A stretch of DNA of 38,385 nt from a virus: positions 1 through 38,385 of the IMG/VR virus record IMGVR_UViG_3300021476_000010; one strand, given 5' to 3'. How positions within the stretch are numbered: position 1 is the stretch's first letter; each line of letters opens with the position of its first letter. This document shows, piece by piece, positions 26,023 to 33,024 of this stretch. The notes under the pieces are model-generated. The model had not been told where the DNA came from. It saw only the letters and a program-made list of their open reading frames with translations, and did not search any database. A program made the translations under genes and the position numbers.

Positions 26023-26082
26023 TGAATTTCAATCACTTTGGTAATACATCTGAGATTGGATGGGAAGTATGGACAGAGGGAA

Positions 26083-26553
26083 TTAGGGTATATGTGGGGA
26101 AGCGTTATTGTATTCAAGCGCCACTTCGCCATCATCCACTCGCTTAACCTCAATCACTTCTTTCTTTTCATTTTGGTTGATCACTACAGAATCACTCTTA
26201 ACCACCACAAATGGCTGTATAGCCCCCTTCTCTGCTTTCTTAGATTCAGGTAAGGTCTCAAGTACTAGCTTCAGAATACGCAATTTTTGATCCACTGTAA
26301 TCTCTTTTGAGATCAAGGGTAAAGTATTCAACTTACTCAATTCTATTTGTACACCTTCTCTTGAAAATCCTTTACCTTCAAGTATTTTACCAAGTTCTGT
26401 CTTTAACTTCCATTTAAGATCATAAGCATTCTTGAGATCACCTTTGTACCCTGCCCTCTGATAAGCCTCACCTATTGGCATACCATCAGCCACGAAATCA
26501 AGGAATAACCTGTTCTTGTTAGTTAATCTTTCAGAAAGTACCAAATCATTCAT
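26083..26553 (-). CDS. terS: Terminase small subunit candidate
   Basis: N-terminal HTH pattern LTNKNRLFLDFVADGMPIGEAYQRAGYKGDLKNAY is typical of terS. It is the first gene of the minus arm. Confidence 0.65.
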   Translation of the reverse strand: MNDLVLSERLTNKNRLFLDFVADGMPIGEAYQRAGYKGDLKNAYDLKWKLKTELGKILEGKGFSREGVQIELSKLNTLPLISKEITVDQKLRILKLVLETLPESKKAEKGAIQPFVVVKSDSVVINQNEKKEVIEVKRVDDGEVALEYNNASPHIP

Positions 26554-26696
26554 ATCCGCAATATATATACTGATTTAGACCAAATGTACGACAAATTACT
26601 TAGTATATATGTATATATGTTATATTTTATATATTAGTATAAAATATAATAGAGATATTATATTTAATTTTAACTTCTAATTTACATAAATAAATA

Positions 26697-26717
26697 TGAC
26701 AATATTGTCATATATAT
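26697..26717. repeat. Operator-like site: 14-bp perfect palindrome TGACAATATTGTCA, and copy 1 of a 17-bp direct repeat
   Basis: AATATTGTCATATATAT at 26701-26717 recurs exactly at 26809-26825. Confidence 0.8.
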
Positions 26718-26808
26718 CTATATTTAAGTAATTTAAAGGCCCCTTTAATAATTAAATATGCCAAATATGGTATATATATTATATTTTATACTGATATCTT
26801 AATATAAT

Positions 26809-26825
26809 AATATTGTCATATATAT
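26809..26825. repeat. Copy 2 of the 17-bp direct repeat AATATTGTCATATATAT
   Basis: Exact match to 26701-26717. It lies 17 nt upstream of the -35 element of the early promoter. Confidence 0.8.
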
Positions 26826-26841
26826 TTCACTAAGAATTCAC

Positions 26842-26869
26842 TTGACATCAGAACAATAGTCAGTATACT
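26842..26869 (+). promoter_or_regulatory. Sigma70-type early promoter
   Basis: TTGACA (26842-47), 16-nt spacer, TATACT (26864-69). An alternative extended -10 TGgTATAAA lies at 26870-78. GGGAGG RBS and ATG at 26906 follow. Confidence 0.6.
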
Positions 26870-26905
26870 TGGTATAAAAGATAACTAAAGGGAGGTACGA
26901 TTAAA

Positions 26906-27073
26906 ATGGATGTAAATATCGAAAGTTTACTAGAGAAGTTTGAATTAGAATCTCTGAGAGAAGGTAACCGTGACGCAGCCATCAAATACAATGACCTTAT
27001 ACGGTGTGTAAAATCCAAAAAAATTGACGTTAAAGAAGCTCTAAATCAACTAATTCAAATTGTATTTGAATAG
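26906..27073 (+). CDS. First early mini protein, paralogue 1 (55 aa)
   Basis: Not in the ORF track. GGGAGGT RBS. MDVNIESLLEKFELESLREGNRDAAIKYNDLIRCVKSKKIDVKEALNQLIQIVFE. Confidence 0.7.
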   Translation: MDVNIESLLEKFELESLREGNRDAAIKYNDLIRCVKSKKIDVKEALNQLIQIVFE

Positions 27074-27085
27074 GAGGTAATTAAA

Positions 27086-27247
27086 ATGGACATGGAAAGC
27101 CTAATAGATATGTTTGAATCAGAAGCAATCAAAATAGGTGATCTCAAAAGAGCCATTAAATATAATTGGCTTAGAAATTCTGTGAAATCGAAGCAGACTG
27201 ATCCGGTAGAAGCATTAGATAAACTAATTCAAATTAGGTTTGAGTAA
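27086..27247 (+). CDS. Early mini protein, paralogue 2 (53 aa)
   Basis: Not in the ORF track. AGGAGGT RBS. MDMESLIDMFESEAIKIGDLKRAIKYNWLRNSVKSKQTDPVEALDKLIQIRFE aligns with paralogue 1. Confidence 0.7.
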   Translation: MDMESLIDMFESEAIKIGDLKRAIKYNWLRNSVKSKQTDPVEALDKLIQIRFE

Positions 27248-27357
27248 ATTATCACGAGTATTTCATATAAATGTCACATAGTTATCATAAGCATCTGCTA
27301 TACTTAAAAGATGTTGGTTCGAGATGTTCTTGACATACTTGAATAGGAGATAATTCA

Positions 27358-27597
27358 ATGATCCTTGTTCCAATAAAACAAAATGTAACTGAGTTACAAT
27401 TACATAATTGGTTTGTGCTGTTTAGTTATATGACTCCCGTTGTTGCTATAAATAGATGCAGTGATATAGTTTATGTGACTAATAAGAAGTATAGTGCTGC
27501 GACAACTAGACATATTAAAAATTATCTTAAACTTTTAACCTATTCAAACGATTATAAATTATGTGATCAAGAGTTCTTAGATAGGTTAATAGACTAA
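27358..27597 (+). CDS. Conserved early protein (79 aa)
   Basis: AGGAG RBS. VLFSYMTPVVAI...VYVTNKKYSAATTRHIKNYL matches a recurrent phage/plasmid family pattern (SY.TPVA...YS.TT.rHi) of unknown function (recalled from memory). Confidence 0.6.
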   Translation: MILVPIKQNVTELQLHNWFVLFSYMTPVVAINRCSDIVYVTNKKYSAATTRHIKNYLKLLTYSNDYKLCDQEFLDRLID

Positions 27598-27740
27598 GAC
27601 TACGCTCATAAGAATGAACGTGACGGATTTAATGAAGGATCGGTGTAGGTTAGGGATTAGAAATTAGAGTGAATGTGCTGCGTGTGCGCTGGAAAGACAC
27701 GAACGAAGAAGTACTTAAGTAGACTCGACGGAGGTACAAT

Positions 27741-27914
27741 ATGGCATGTATGGAACATCAATGCACCAAGTGTAACTGGCATGAATTCGATAATGAAGAG
27801 CATAAGCGTTGTCCGGTATGTAAGGCAGAAATAATGAGTTATTTTGATGAGCTAATAGATTATACATCAAATTATTCTGACGTTACAGAAAAAGAGGAAG
27901 AATATGAACAATGA
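27741..27914 (+). CDS. Mini zinc-ribbon protein with acidic tail (57 aa)
   Basis: Not in the ORF track. GGAGGT RBS. MACMEHQCTKCNWHEF...HKRCPVCKAEI. Confidence 0.6.
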   Translation: MACMEHQCTKCNWHEFDNEEHKRCPVCKAEIMSYFDELIDYTSNYSDVTEKEEEYEQ

Positions 27915-28248
27915 TTCAACATTAGAAGCGAAATGGTGTATAGATAGTGAAACGGGAGAAAGAAAGCTACTTGATTTAAAAACAGGAAAAGATATTACAC
28001 CAAAAAATGAGCTTATAAAGGAGAAACCGATGACTGAAAAAGAGCTAATAGAACTTGATATGCGTATATTAGATAAAAGTGGATTAAATGGTGATAATTT
28101 AATGTCCGCATACCTAGAAATAGCTAAAATAGCTGCTAATGCTAATCACGAACAAATTCACATACTTGGTAGACTTATAGAGACATTATACAAGGCTCTT
28201 TTATTGAAGCATTATTCATTCGTTAAAGAAGAAGGAGAATTACAATGA
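27904..28248 (+). CDS. Hypothetical protein (114 aa)
   Basis: Overlaps the upstream stop by 11 nt. No motif recognised. Confidence 0.55.
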   Translation: MNNDSTLEAKWCIDSETGERKLLDLKTGKDITPKNELIKEKPMTEKELIELDMRILDKSGLNGDNLMSAYLEIAKIAANANHEQIHILGRLIETLYKALLLKHYSFVKEEGELQ

Positions 28249-28475
28249 AAGATAAATTATATTCAGTGAAAGTTTCTAAAATTGATAACGGTTATACTGT
28301 ACATGCGGTATTTTTATCAAAAAATTCTCATCAGTATATTCAAGATTATCGAGATGTTGCAGCAGTTGTAGAAAATCTTTTACGTTTAGGAGAAGAATAT
28401 GAGTTTAAAGCTACTAATAGTTTTGTTAGGAACGTTACAGATAACGAGCTATCGAGCAATACCGAGTCAAACTAA
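28245..28475 (+). CDS. Hypothetical protein (76 aa)
   Basis: ATGA overlap upstream. Its 3' end overlaps the next gene by 77 nt, so either this end or the next gene's start is uncertain. Confidence 0.45.
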   Translation: MKDKLYSVKVSKIDNGYTVHAVFLSKNSHQYIQDYRDVAAVVENLLRLGEEYEFKATNSFVRNVTDNELSSNTESN

Positions 28476-28734
28476 GCCCAAAGATTGTACTTGGACTAGT
28501 ATAGGTGACCGCACTACGGTATTTGGATGCGCGGTAAGCCCTGATTTATTACACTCAGGTCAAGTACATTATGGGGATATAGTGTATATAGATTCTTTTG
28601 GTTTTCGTGTTGTTAATGATTGTATGGGAGTTAAAGCTAAGCAATCCATTGATTTATTTGTTAGAACATATGATGAAGAAAAAAGAGTAGGTCTCCGGCA
28701 TCTTAAAGTTTATCTTATCTCCAAAGGAAAATAA
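28399..28734 (+). CDS. 3D-domain (MltA/RlpA-like double-psi barrel) cell-wall enzyme candidate with short N-terminal hydrophobic segment
   Basis: ITSYRAIPSQT...WTSIGDRT...GCAVSPDLL...GDIVYIDSFGFRVVNDCMG...IDLFV follows the 3D-domain pattern. N-terminus is MSLKLLIVLLGTL. GGAG RBS. Confidence 0.6.
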   Translation: MSLKLLIVLLGTLQITSYRAIPSQTKPKDCTWTSIGDRTTVFGCAVSPDLLHSGQVHYGDIVYIDSFGFRVVNDCMGVKAKQSIDLFVRTYDEEKRVGLRHLKVYLISKGK

Positions 28735-28735
28735 C

Positions 28736-29140
28736 GTGCAAAAGAAAATTGTTAAGTTTCAAAAAATAACCGATAAAAAATCTAAACAAACATATTGGAG
28801 TTGGTTAAATACACAAGAAAAACTAAAAAATGATAAAAATTTTGATAATGAAAATAGATTAGCTAATGCTGATATATTAGCAGACGACGAGGCATTTTAT
28901 TTTAGTAATGTATCAGAAAATCACGAGATACTTAGATATGTTCTCAAAAATGGTGCATTGAATTTTCTTAGTGAGCAAGAATATAAAGTATTTCATTTGT
29001 TATTTAGAGAAGGCTTTAGCTTAGATCAAATCGGAAAGCATTTAGAAATACGTAAATCAACCGTCCAAAACTATATTGATAGAATAAAGACAAAATTATT
29101 ACAAATTTGTGACGATGAATTAGACTATCAATACAAGTAG
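28736..29140 (+). CDS. Sigma-70 region 4 / LuxR-type HTH transcription regulator
   Basis: GTG start after AAGGAAA. LSEQEYKVFHLLFREGFSLDQIGKHLEIRKSTVQNYIDRIKTKL. Confidence 0.6.
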   Translation: MQKKIVKFQKITDKKSKQTYWSWLNTQEKLKNDKNFDNENRLANADILADDEAFYFSNVSENHEILRYVLKNGALNFLSEQEYKVFHLLFREGFSLDQIGKHLEIRKSTVQNYIDRIKTKLLQICDDELDYQYK

Positions 29141-29189
29141 TTTTACTTGTGGTACAAAAAGAGCAATTTGGTATATATATTGTAAACTT

Positions 29190-29579
29190 ATGAAACAAGT
29201 GATTATCTTAAGAGGCGAATCAACACTAGAAGGAACCTTTGGTAAATTAATTGTAGATCAATTACAATTGTTTACCTTAGAACTTCCTTGGAACAATGAC
29301 GAAAATAATATATCATGTATACCAGCAGGTTTTTATAATTGTCAATATACTTTGTCTCCTAGACTTCATAAATACACATATGAAATATTTGGTGATAGCA
29401 AACGTACGGGAATTAGGATGCACAGCGCAAACTTTAGTAGTCAGCTACTAGGATGTATAGCACTAGGAGAAAAACTTGGAATTATGGATGGAAAAAAGGT
29501 TCTGCTAATATCACGTCCAGCAGTTACAAAATTTGAGCAGTATATGAAGCGAAAACCATTTCAAATGGAGGTTAGATAG
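29190..29579 (+). CDS. DUF5675-like protein (possible peptidoglycan-acting enzyme)
   Basis: GTFGKL...FTLELPWNNDENNISCIPAGFYNC...GIRMHSANFSSQLLGCIALG fits the DUF5675 pattern (recalled from memory). No SD. An extended -10-like TGgTATATA lies at 29169-77. Confidence 0.55.
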   Translation: MKQVIILRGESTLEGTFGKLIVDQLQLFTLELPWNNDENNISCIPAGFYNCQYTLSPRLHKYTYEIFGDSKRTGIRMHSANFSSQLLGCIALGEKLGIMDGKKVLLISRPAVTKFEQYMKRKPFQMEVR

Positions 29580-30130
29580 TGAGTATTCTTGATTCTGTTT
29601 TATCTTTAGCAAGTGGTGGTATAACTGGTTTAGTAGGTACAGCGATCGGTAGTTTTTTTACTTATAAGTCTAAACAACTTGATATTGAACTTCAAAAAGA
29701 AAAATATGCAAATGAAATTGAGCTAAAGAAAGCTGATGCTGCAATTATGGCGCAAGAATGGGCTGCACGTACTCAAATAGCTGAAACAACTGCTAACGCA
29801 CAAGTGGAAACTGAAGATGCAAAAGGATTTACAGCTTCTCTTACGTCAGAACCTCAACGATATGCTGAAGGAACACTTACGAAAACCCAAAATTGGTTAA
29901 TGGTTTTTTTAGATTTCTTTAGAGGAATAATCCGCCCTAGTCTTACATTATATCTTTCGGCATTAACAACTCTTGTTTATCTACAAGCTAGGTCATTAAT
30001 AAATTCTGGAATGTCGCCAGAACAAGCCATTAATTTAACTTCTAAAATTATTGATACAGTGCTTTACTTAACCTCAACATCAATTTTATGGTATTTTGGT
30101 AGTCGTATACACGATAAGGTACGGAAATAA
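29579..30130 (+). CDS. Holin candidate of the 3-TM (gene-transfer-agent release) type
   Basis: GTG start 8 nt after GGAGG. The N-terminus MSILDSVLSLASGGITGLVGTAIGSFF...KQLDIELQKEKY is typical of that family. Three hydrophobic segments. Confidence 0.6.
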   Translation: MSILDSVLSLASGGITGLVGTAIGSFFTYKSKQLDIELQKEKYANEIELKKADAAIMAQEWAARTQIAETTANAQVETEDAKGFTASLTSEPQRYAEGTLTKTQNWLMVFLDFFRGIIRPSLTLYLSALTTLVYLQARSLINSGMSPEQAINLTSKIIDTVLYLTSTSILWYFGSRIHDKVRK

Positions 30131-30132
30131 GT

Positions 30133-30465
30133 ATGGGTTTTACTTATAAAATTCATGGGCATTGGTCTAATGGAAAACCATCTCCAACTTGGATTTCTTG
30201 GAATCATATGAAAGATCGGTGCACAAATAAGCATCATGTAAAGTATAAACTCTATGGAGGACGCGGAATAAAAATAGATACAAAATGGAAAGTATTTACT
30301 GGATTTTTAGAAGATATGGGTATACGGCCAAAAAATACATCTTTGGATAGAATAAATTCAAATGGTCATTATACAAAAGAAAATTGTCGGTGGGCATCAT
30401 CAAGTGTTCAAAATAATAATAGATGTACACGCCGGATAAAGGAAAATAAATATGATGATATTTGA
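30133..30465 (+). CDS. Conserved phage protein with YGGRGI ... LDRI..NG.Y...NCRWA motifs (DNA-binding/HNH-associated-like family)
   Basis: SPTWISWNHMKDRCTN...YGGRGIKIDTKW..F..FLEDMG.RP...SLDRINSNGHYTKENCRWAS matches a widespread phage family. Its function is not established. Confidence 0.6.
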   Translation: MGFTYKIHGHWSNGKPSPTWISWNHMKDRCTNKHHVKYKLYGGRGIKIDTKWKVFTGFLEDMGIRPKNTSLDRINSNGHYTKENCRWASSSVQNNNRCTRRIKENKYDDI

Positions 30466-30646
30466 ATATCAATATGAAGATGGACTGACAAAAGTTAGAA
30501 TGGAGCTTCCTTCTGATTCTTTATTAAGTGAAGTTTTGGAACAGTTTGAAAATTTTCTTAGAGCTTCTGGATACTCATTTGATGGTGAAATAGATATTTA
30601 TCGATCTATTTATCATGGCGAATTGGAGGATAGAAAAGATGAGTGA
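30452..30646 (+). CDS. Small acidic protein (64 aa)
   Basis: Overlaps both neighbours. E/D-rich. Confidence 0.5.
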   Translation: MMIFEYQYEDGLTKVRMELPSDSLLSEVLEQFENFLRASGYSFDGEIDIYRSIYHGELEDRKDE

Positions 30647-31151
30647 AGTTAATGATATTGTCACTGACACCGAAGCACAATCAGCTTTTGAGTCCAGAGT
30701 GCAAGAAATTGGTAAAGGTCGTTGTAAAAAATGTGGAATGTTTAAAATAAATCAAGCGGGACAATGGATTTGTCCGAATTGTTCGACTAAAGAAAATAGA
30801 ATAGCACCGCATATAAATGAACTTCCTGACCCCGGGCATGATAAAATGGAACAAATACTTAAAAGTGATGGAGTGGTTAAAATGAAAGTAGAAACCGTTA
30901 CAAATATCGTTGATCCTGTTATCACGAAAAAAGAAGCCTATGGATTACCTTATATTACTATTCAATTTAATTTACAAGAACTTGAAGTATTGGCATATAA
31001 TCAAATAATGAGTTTAGTATATGATAGAATTGTTAACGCACTTGACGATATGCCAATGCCGACTACAATTAAAGAAGCAAAACAAATTATTAAAATACAA
31101 GAACGTTTTATTAAAACGGAAACCTTAAAGGAGGAATCTAACAATGGTTGA
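30639..31151 (+). CDS. Hypothetical protein with zinc ribbon (170 aa)
   Basis: ATG follows GGAGGAtagaaaag. CKKCGMF...WICPNC. Confidence 0.55.
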   Translation: MSEVNDIVTDTEAQSAFESRVQEIGKGRCKKCGMFKINQAGQWICPNCSTKENRIAPHINELPDPGHDKMEQILKSDGVVKMKVETVTNIVDPVITKKEAYGLPYITIQFNLQELEVLAYNQIMSLVYDRIVNALDDMPMPTTIKEAKQIIKIQERFIKTETLKEESNNG

Positions 31152-31599
31152 TGCACGTACAGCACTAGAAGACTTTAAAAAAGATGGAGAAACAGAAGAA
31201 GTCAGCGGGTTACCTTCTACTCCGGTTATTGACCTTAAAAGAAAAGAGGGTAATTTTTTTACTGGAGTATATATGGGACGACGTGAATTAATAGCATCTA
31301 AAGCTGGTGTTAGCGTACTTCAGTTTAAGTTTGGTTCTACAAACGCTAGTATTACTAAAAAGAAAGGTAATGAATATCCTGAAGTTAAAGTAGATGAAGG
31401 AGATAAAGTTACAGTATTTGCCTCTACTCAACTTGATCGAAAATTCAAAGAAATTAAAGAAGGCACACAAGTATTTGTAGAGTATCTTGGAAAGAAAACT
31501 GATGTTATTAATGGTAGAAAAGTTACTTCTCATAGATTCACTGTTCGCGCTAAAGTTAATGCTCAGGTCGAAAATTCTAACGATGAGGTTCCTCTTTAA
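31144..31599 (+). CDS. Single-stranded DNA-binding protein candidate
   Basis: GGAGGA RBS. Beta-rich OB-like body with an acidic C-terminal tail NSNDEVPL. Sits in the replication module. Confidence 0.4.
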   Translation: MVDARTALEDFKKDGETEEVSGLPSTPVIDLKRKEGNFFTGVYMGRRELIASKAGVSVLQFKFGSTNASITKKKGNEYPEVKVDEGDKVTVFASTQLDRKFKEIKEGTQVFVEYLGKKTDVINGRKVTSHRFTVRAKVNAQVENSNDEVPL

Positions 31600-31880
31600 T
31601 GTCAGAATTACCGGGGGTTGTTACTATGATGGAAGTAGTTAATCAATTGCAAAATGCAAATAATTCTTTGCAGAGTGCGAATAAACGTAAAATATCTGAG
31701 CCAGGAGTTAAAGACCTTCTTATTACTAGACAAAATGCTCTTGGAATTGCTAAAGATATTATGATAGCATCTGGTAGGTGCCCTATAAATCCTGAACAAG
31801 ATCAGGAATTTATTGAGCAATTAAAAAAAATTGCAGATCAACTAGTTGCATATGACTGGCGAAACATTCAACTTCCATGA
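31599..31880 (+). CDS. Hypothetical protein (93 aa)
   Basis: TAATG coupling to the upstream gene. Confidence 0.5.
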   Translation: MSELPGVVTMMEVVNQLQNANNSLQSANKRKISEPGVKDLLITRQNALGIAKDIMIASGRCPINPEQDQEFIEQLKKIADQLVAYDWRNIQLP

Positions 31881-32032
31881 ATGAAGATATGAGAGGATGT
31901 GCTGAAGAAGAATATGAAGTAGAATGTCCATTTTGTATATTTCCTAAATGTACCACTTTTGAATGTTGTAGTTATCACGATTGTACATGGAATCAATGCT
32001 ATTGTATGGAGTCAGCACACTATGCCACATAG
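31877..32032 (+). CDS. Mini Cys-rich protein (51 aa)
   Basis: Not in the ORF track. ATGA coupling. MNEDMRGCAEEEYEVECPFCIFPKCTTFECCSYHDCTWNQCYC. Confidence 0.4.
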   Translation: MNEDMRGCAEEEYEVECPFCIFPKCTTFECCSYHDCTWNQCYCMESAHYAT

Positions 32033-32657
32033 TCAAACTATAATTAATAATCAAGAAGAACCATCTGTTACCGAAATTATAGCTATATTAAATAAACCAT
32101 ATTTAAATAGATGGTTTGGTAAAGTTGGAAATCAAGAGGCAGCGCGTGTTAGTAAAGAGGCTGCTGAACTTGGTAAAGATGTACATAATAAAATTGAAGA
32201 ATATTTAACAGACGGCGTAATAGCAAGTACATATAGCGCGCTTAACAATTCATCTCAGGTTTTTGATTTATTTTCTACTTGGGTTACTTGGTGGATTCAT
32301 GGTAAATATGATGTCAAAGCACTAGAAAAAAAAGTTATTAGTAAAAAATATTTATACGGCGGAACATTTGATGCAATATTATTACATAAAACAAGTAATA
32401 CTATTTATTTAACAGATTGGAAAGTTAGTAATAACGAAGATAAATTTCGTAGACTACAACTAGCTGGTTATGCACAAGCGTACTATGAAGAAATGGGAGA
32501 AAAACTTATAAACGGGCTTATTGTAAGAATTGATAAAAATGAACAAAAAGTTTATGAAGAACATATTTCTAACCTTTGGAACTATGTCCCCTTATTTTTA
32601 GCTTGCCGTAAACTTTATGATTTTGTTTATTCCAGGAAGAAATTTAAAAATGATTAA
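32022..32657 (+). CDS. PD-(D/E)xK exonuclease (RecB/Cas4-like nuclease fold, without a Cys cluster)
   Basis: PSVTEII, GKDVHNKIE, GGTFDAILL, IYLTDWKVS (D...D-x-K) and QLAGYAQAY (QxxxY) motifs. Confidence 0.65.
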   Translation: MPHSQTIINNQEEPSVTEIIAILNKPYLNRWFGKVGNQEAARVSKEAAELGKDVHNKIEEYLTDGVIASTYSALNNSSQVFDLFSTWVTWWIHGKYDVKALEKKVISKKYLYGGTFDAILLHKTSNTIYLTDWKVSNNEDKFRRLQLAGYAQAYYEEMGEKLINGLIVRIDKNEQKVYEEHISNLWNYVPLFLACRKLYDFVYSRKKFKND

Positions 32658-33024
32658 ATCAAAGACACGAAAATATTGGAGATTAAAAACTAAAGAATGG
32701 CGTGATAATATGATAAAATGTCACCCACTAAAGTATAAAAGATTAATGAAAAAATATCGTAATAAAAATGGATTAAAAAATAGACTTAATTGGAAATACG
32801 GAATAACTACAAATATTTATTTTAATAAATTACAAATACAAAATAATAAATGTGCTATTTGTCTAAATGAAGATATAAGACGATTATCAGTTGACCACGA
32901 TCATAAATCTGGAAAGATTAGAGGACTTTTATGTATTAAATGTAATAGTGGATTAGGATTATTTAAAGACGATAGACGTTTAATTTCTAGAGCTTTAAGG
33001 TATTTAATAAAATGGAAGTCCTAA
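32650..33024 (+). CDS. Recombination endonuclease VII
   Basis: CAICLNE...LSVDHDHKSGKIRGLLCIKCNSGLGLFKDD is the endonuclease VII signature. Confidence 0.8.
   Translation: MIKSKTRKYWRLKTKEWRDNMIKCHPLKYKRLMKKYRNKNGLKNRLNWKYGITTNIYFNKLQIQNNKCAICLNEDIRRLSVDHDHKSGKIRGLLCIKCNSGLGLFKDDRRLISRALRYLIKWKS

Larger units (their letters stand above)
26554..26905. promoter_or_regulatory. Strongly AT-rich divergent control region (promoters, operators, possible origin)
   Basis: 352 bp without ORFs between the divergent terS and first early gene. Dense TATATA tracts, repeated AAATATG, TTATATTTTATA x2 and a GC islet TTAAAGG-CC-CCTTTAA. Confidence 0.7.

Noticed and set aside
26038-26290. Plus-strand ORFs 26038-26253 and 26108-26290
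   Set aside because: They are antisense to the terS candidate, which has a recognisable HTH N-terminus and operon position.
26697-26825. Possible mini CRISPR array formed by the 17-bp exact repeats
   Set aside because: There are only two copies. The repeat is AT-rich and short, the 91-bp spacing is not CRISPR-like and no cas genes are present. The operator/iteron reading fits better.
27310-27335. tRNA-like T-loop string GGTTCGAG
   Set aside because: The flanks form a direct repeat (GATGTT x2) rather than an inverted one, so no T-arm, acceptor stem or anticodon arm can be drawn. The adjacent TTGACA (27330-35) also has no convincing -10 element at the right spacing.
27650-27667. Telomere-like TTAGGG / TTAG periodic repeat
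   Set aside because: There are only three 7-nt-spaced TTAG copies, which is too short to be meaningful on its own. It is noted only as part of the spacer.
29125-29150. Small hairpin acaagt-agtttt-acttgt at the stop of the sigma-like gene, as a possible terminator
   Set aside because: It has only a 6-bp AT-rich stem and no U-tract, so it is too weak to call.
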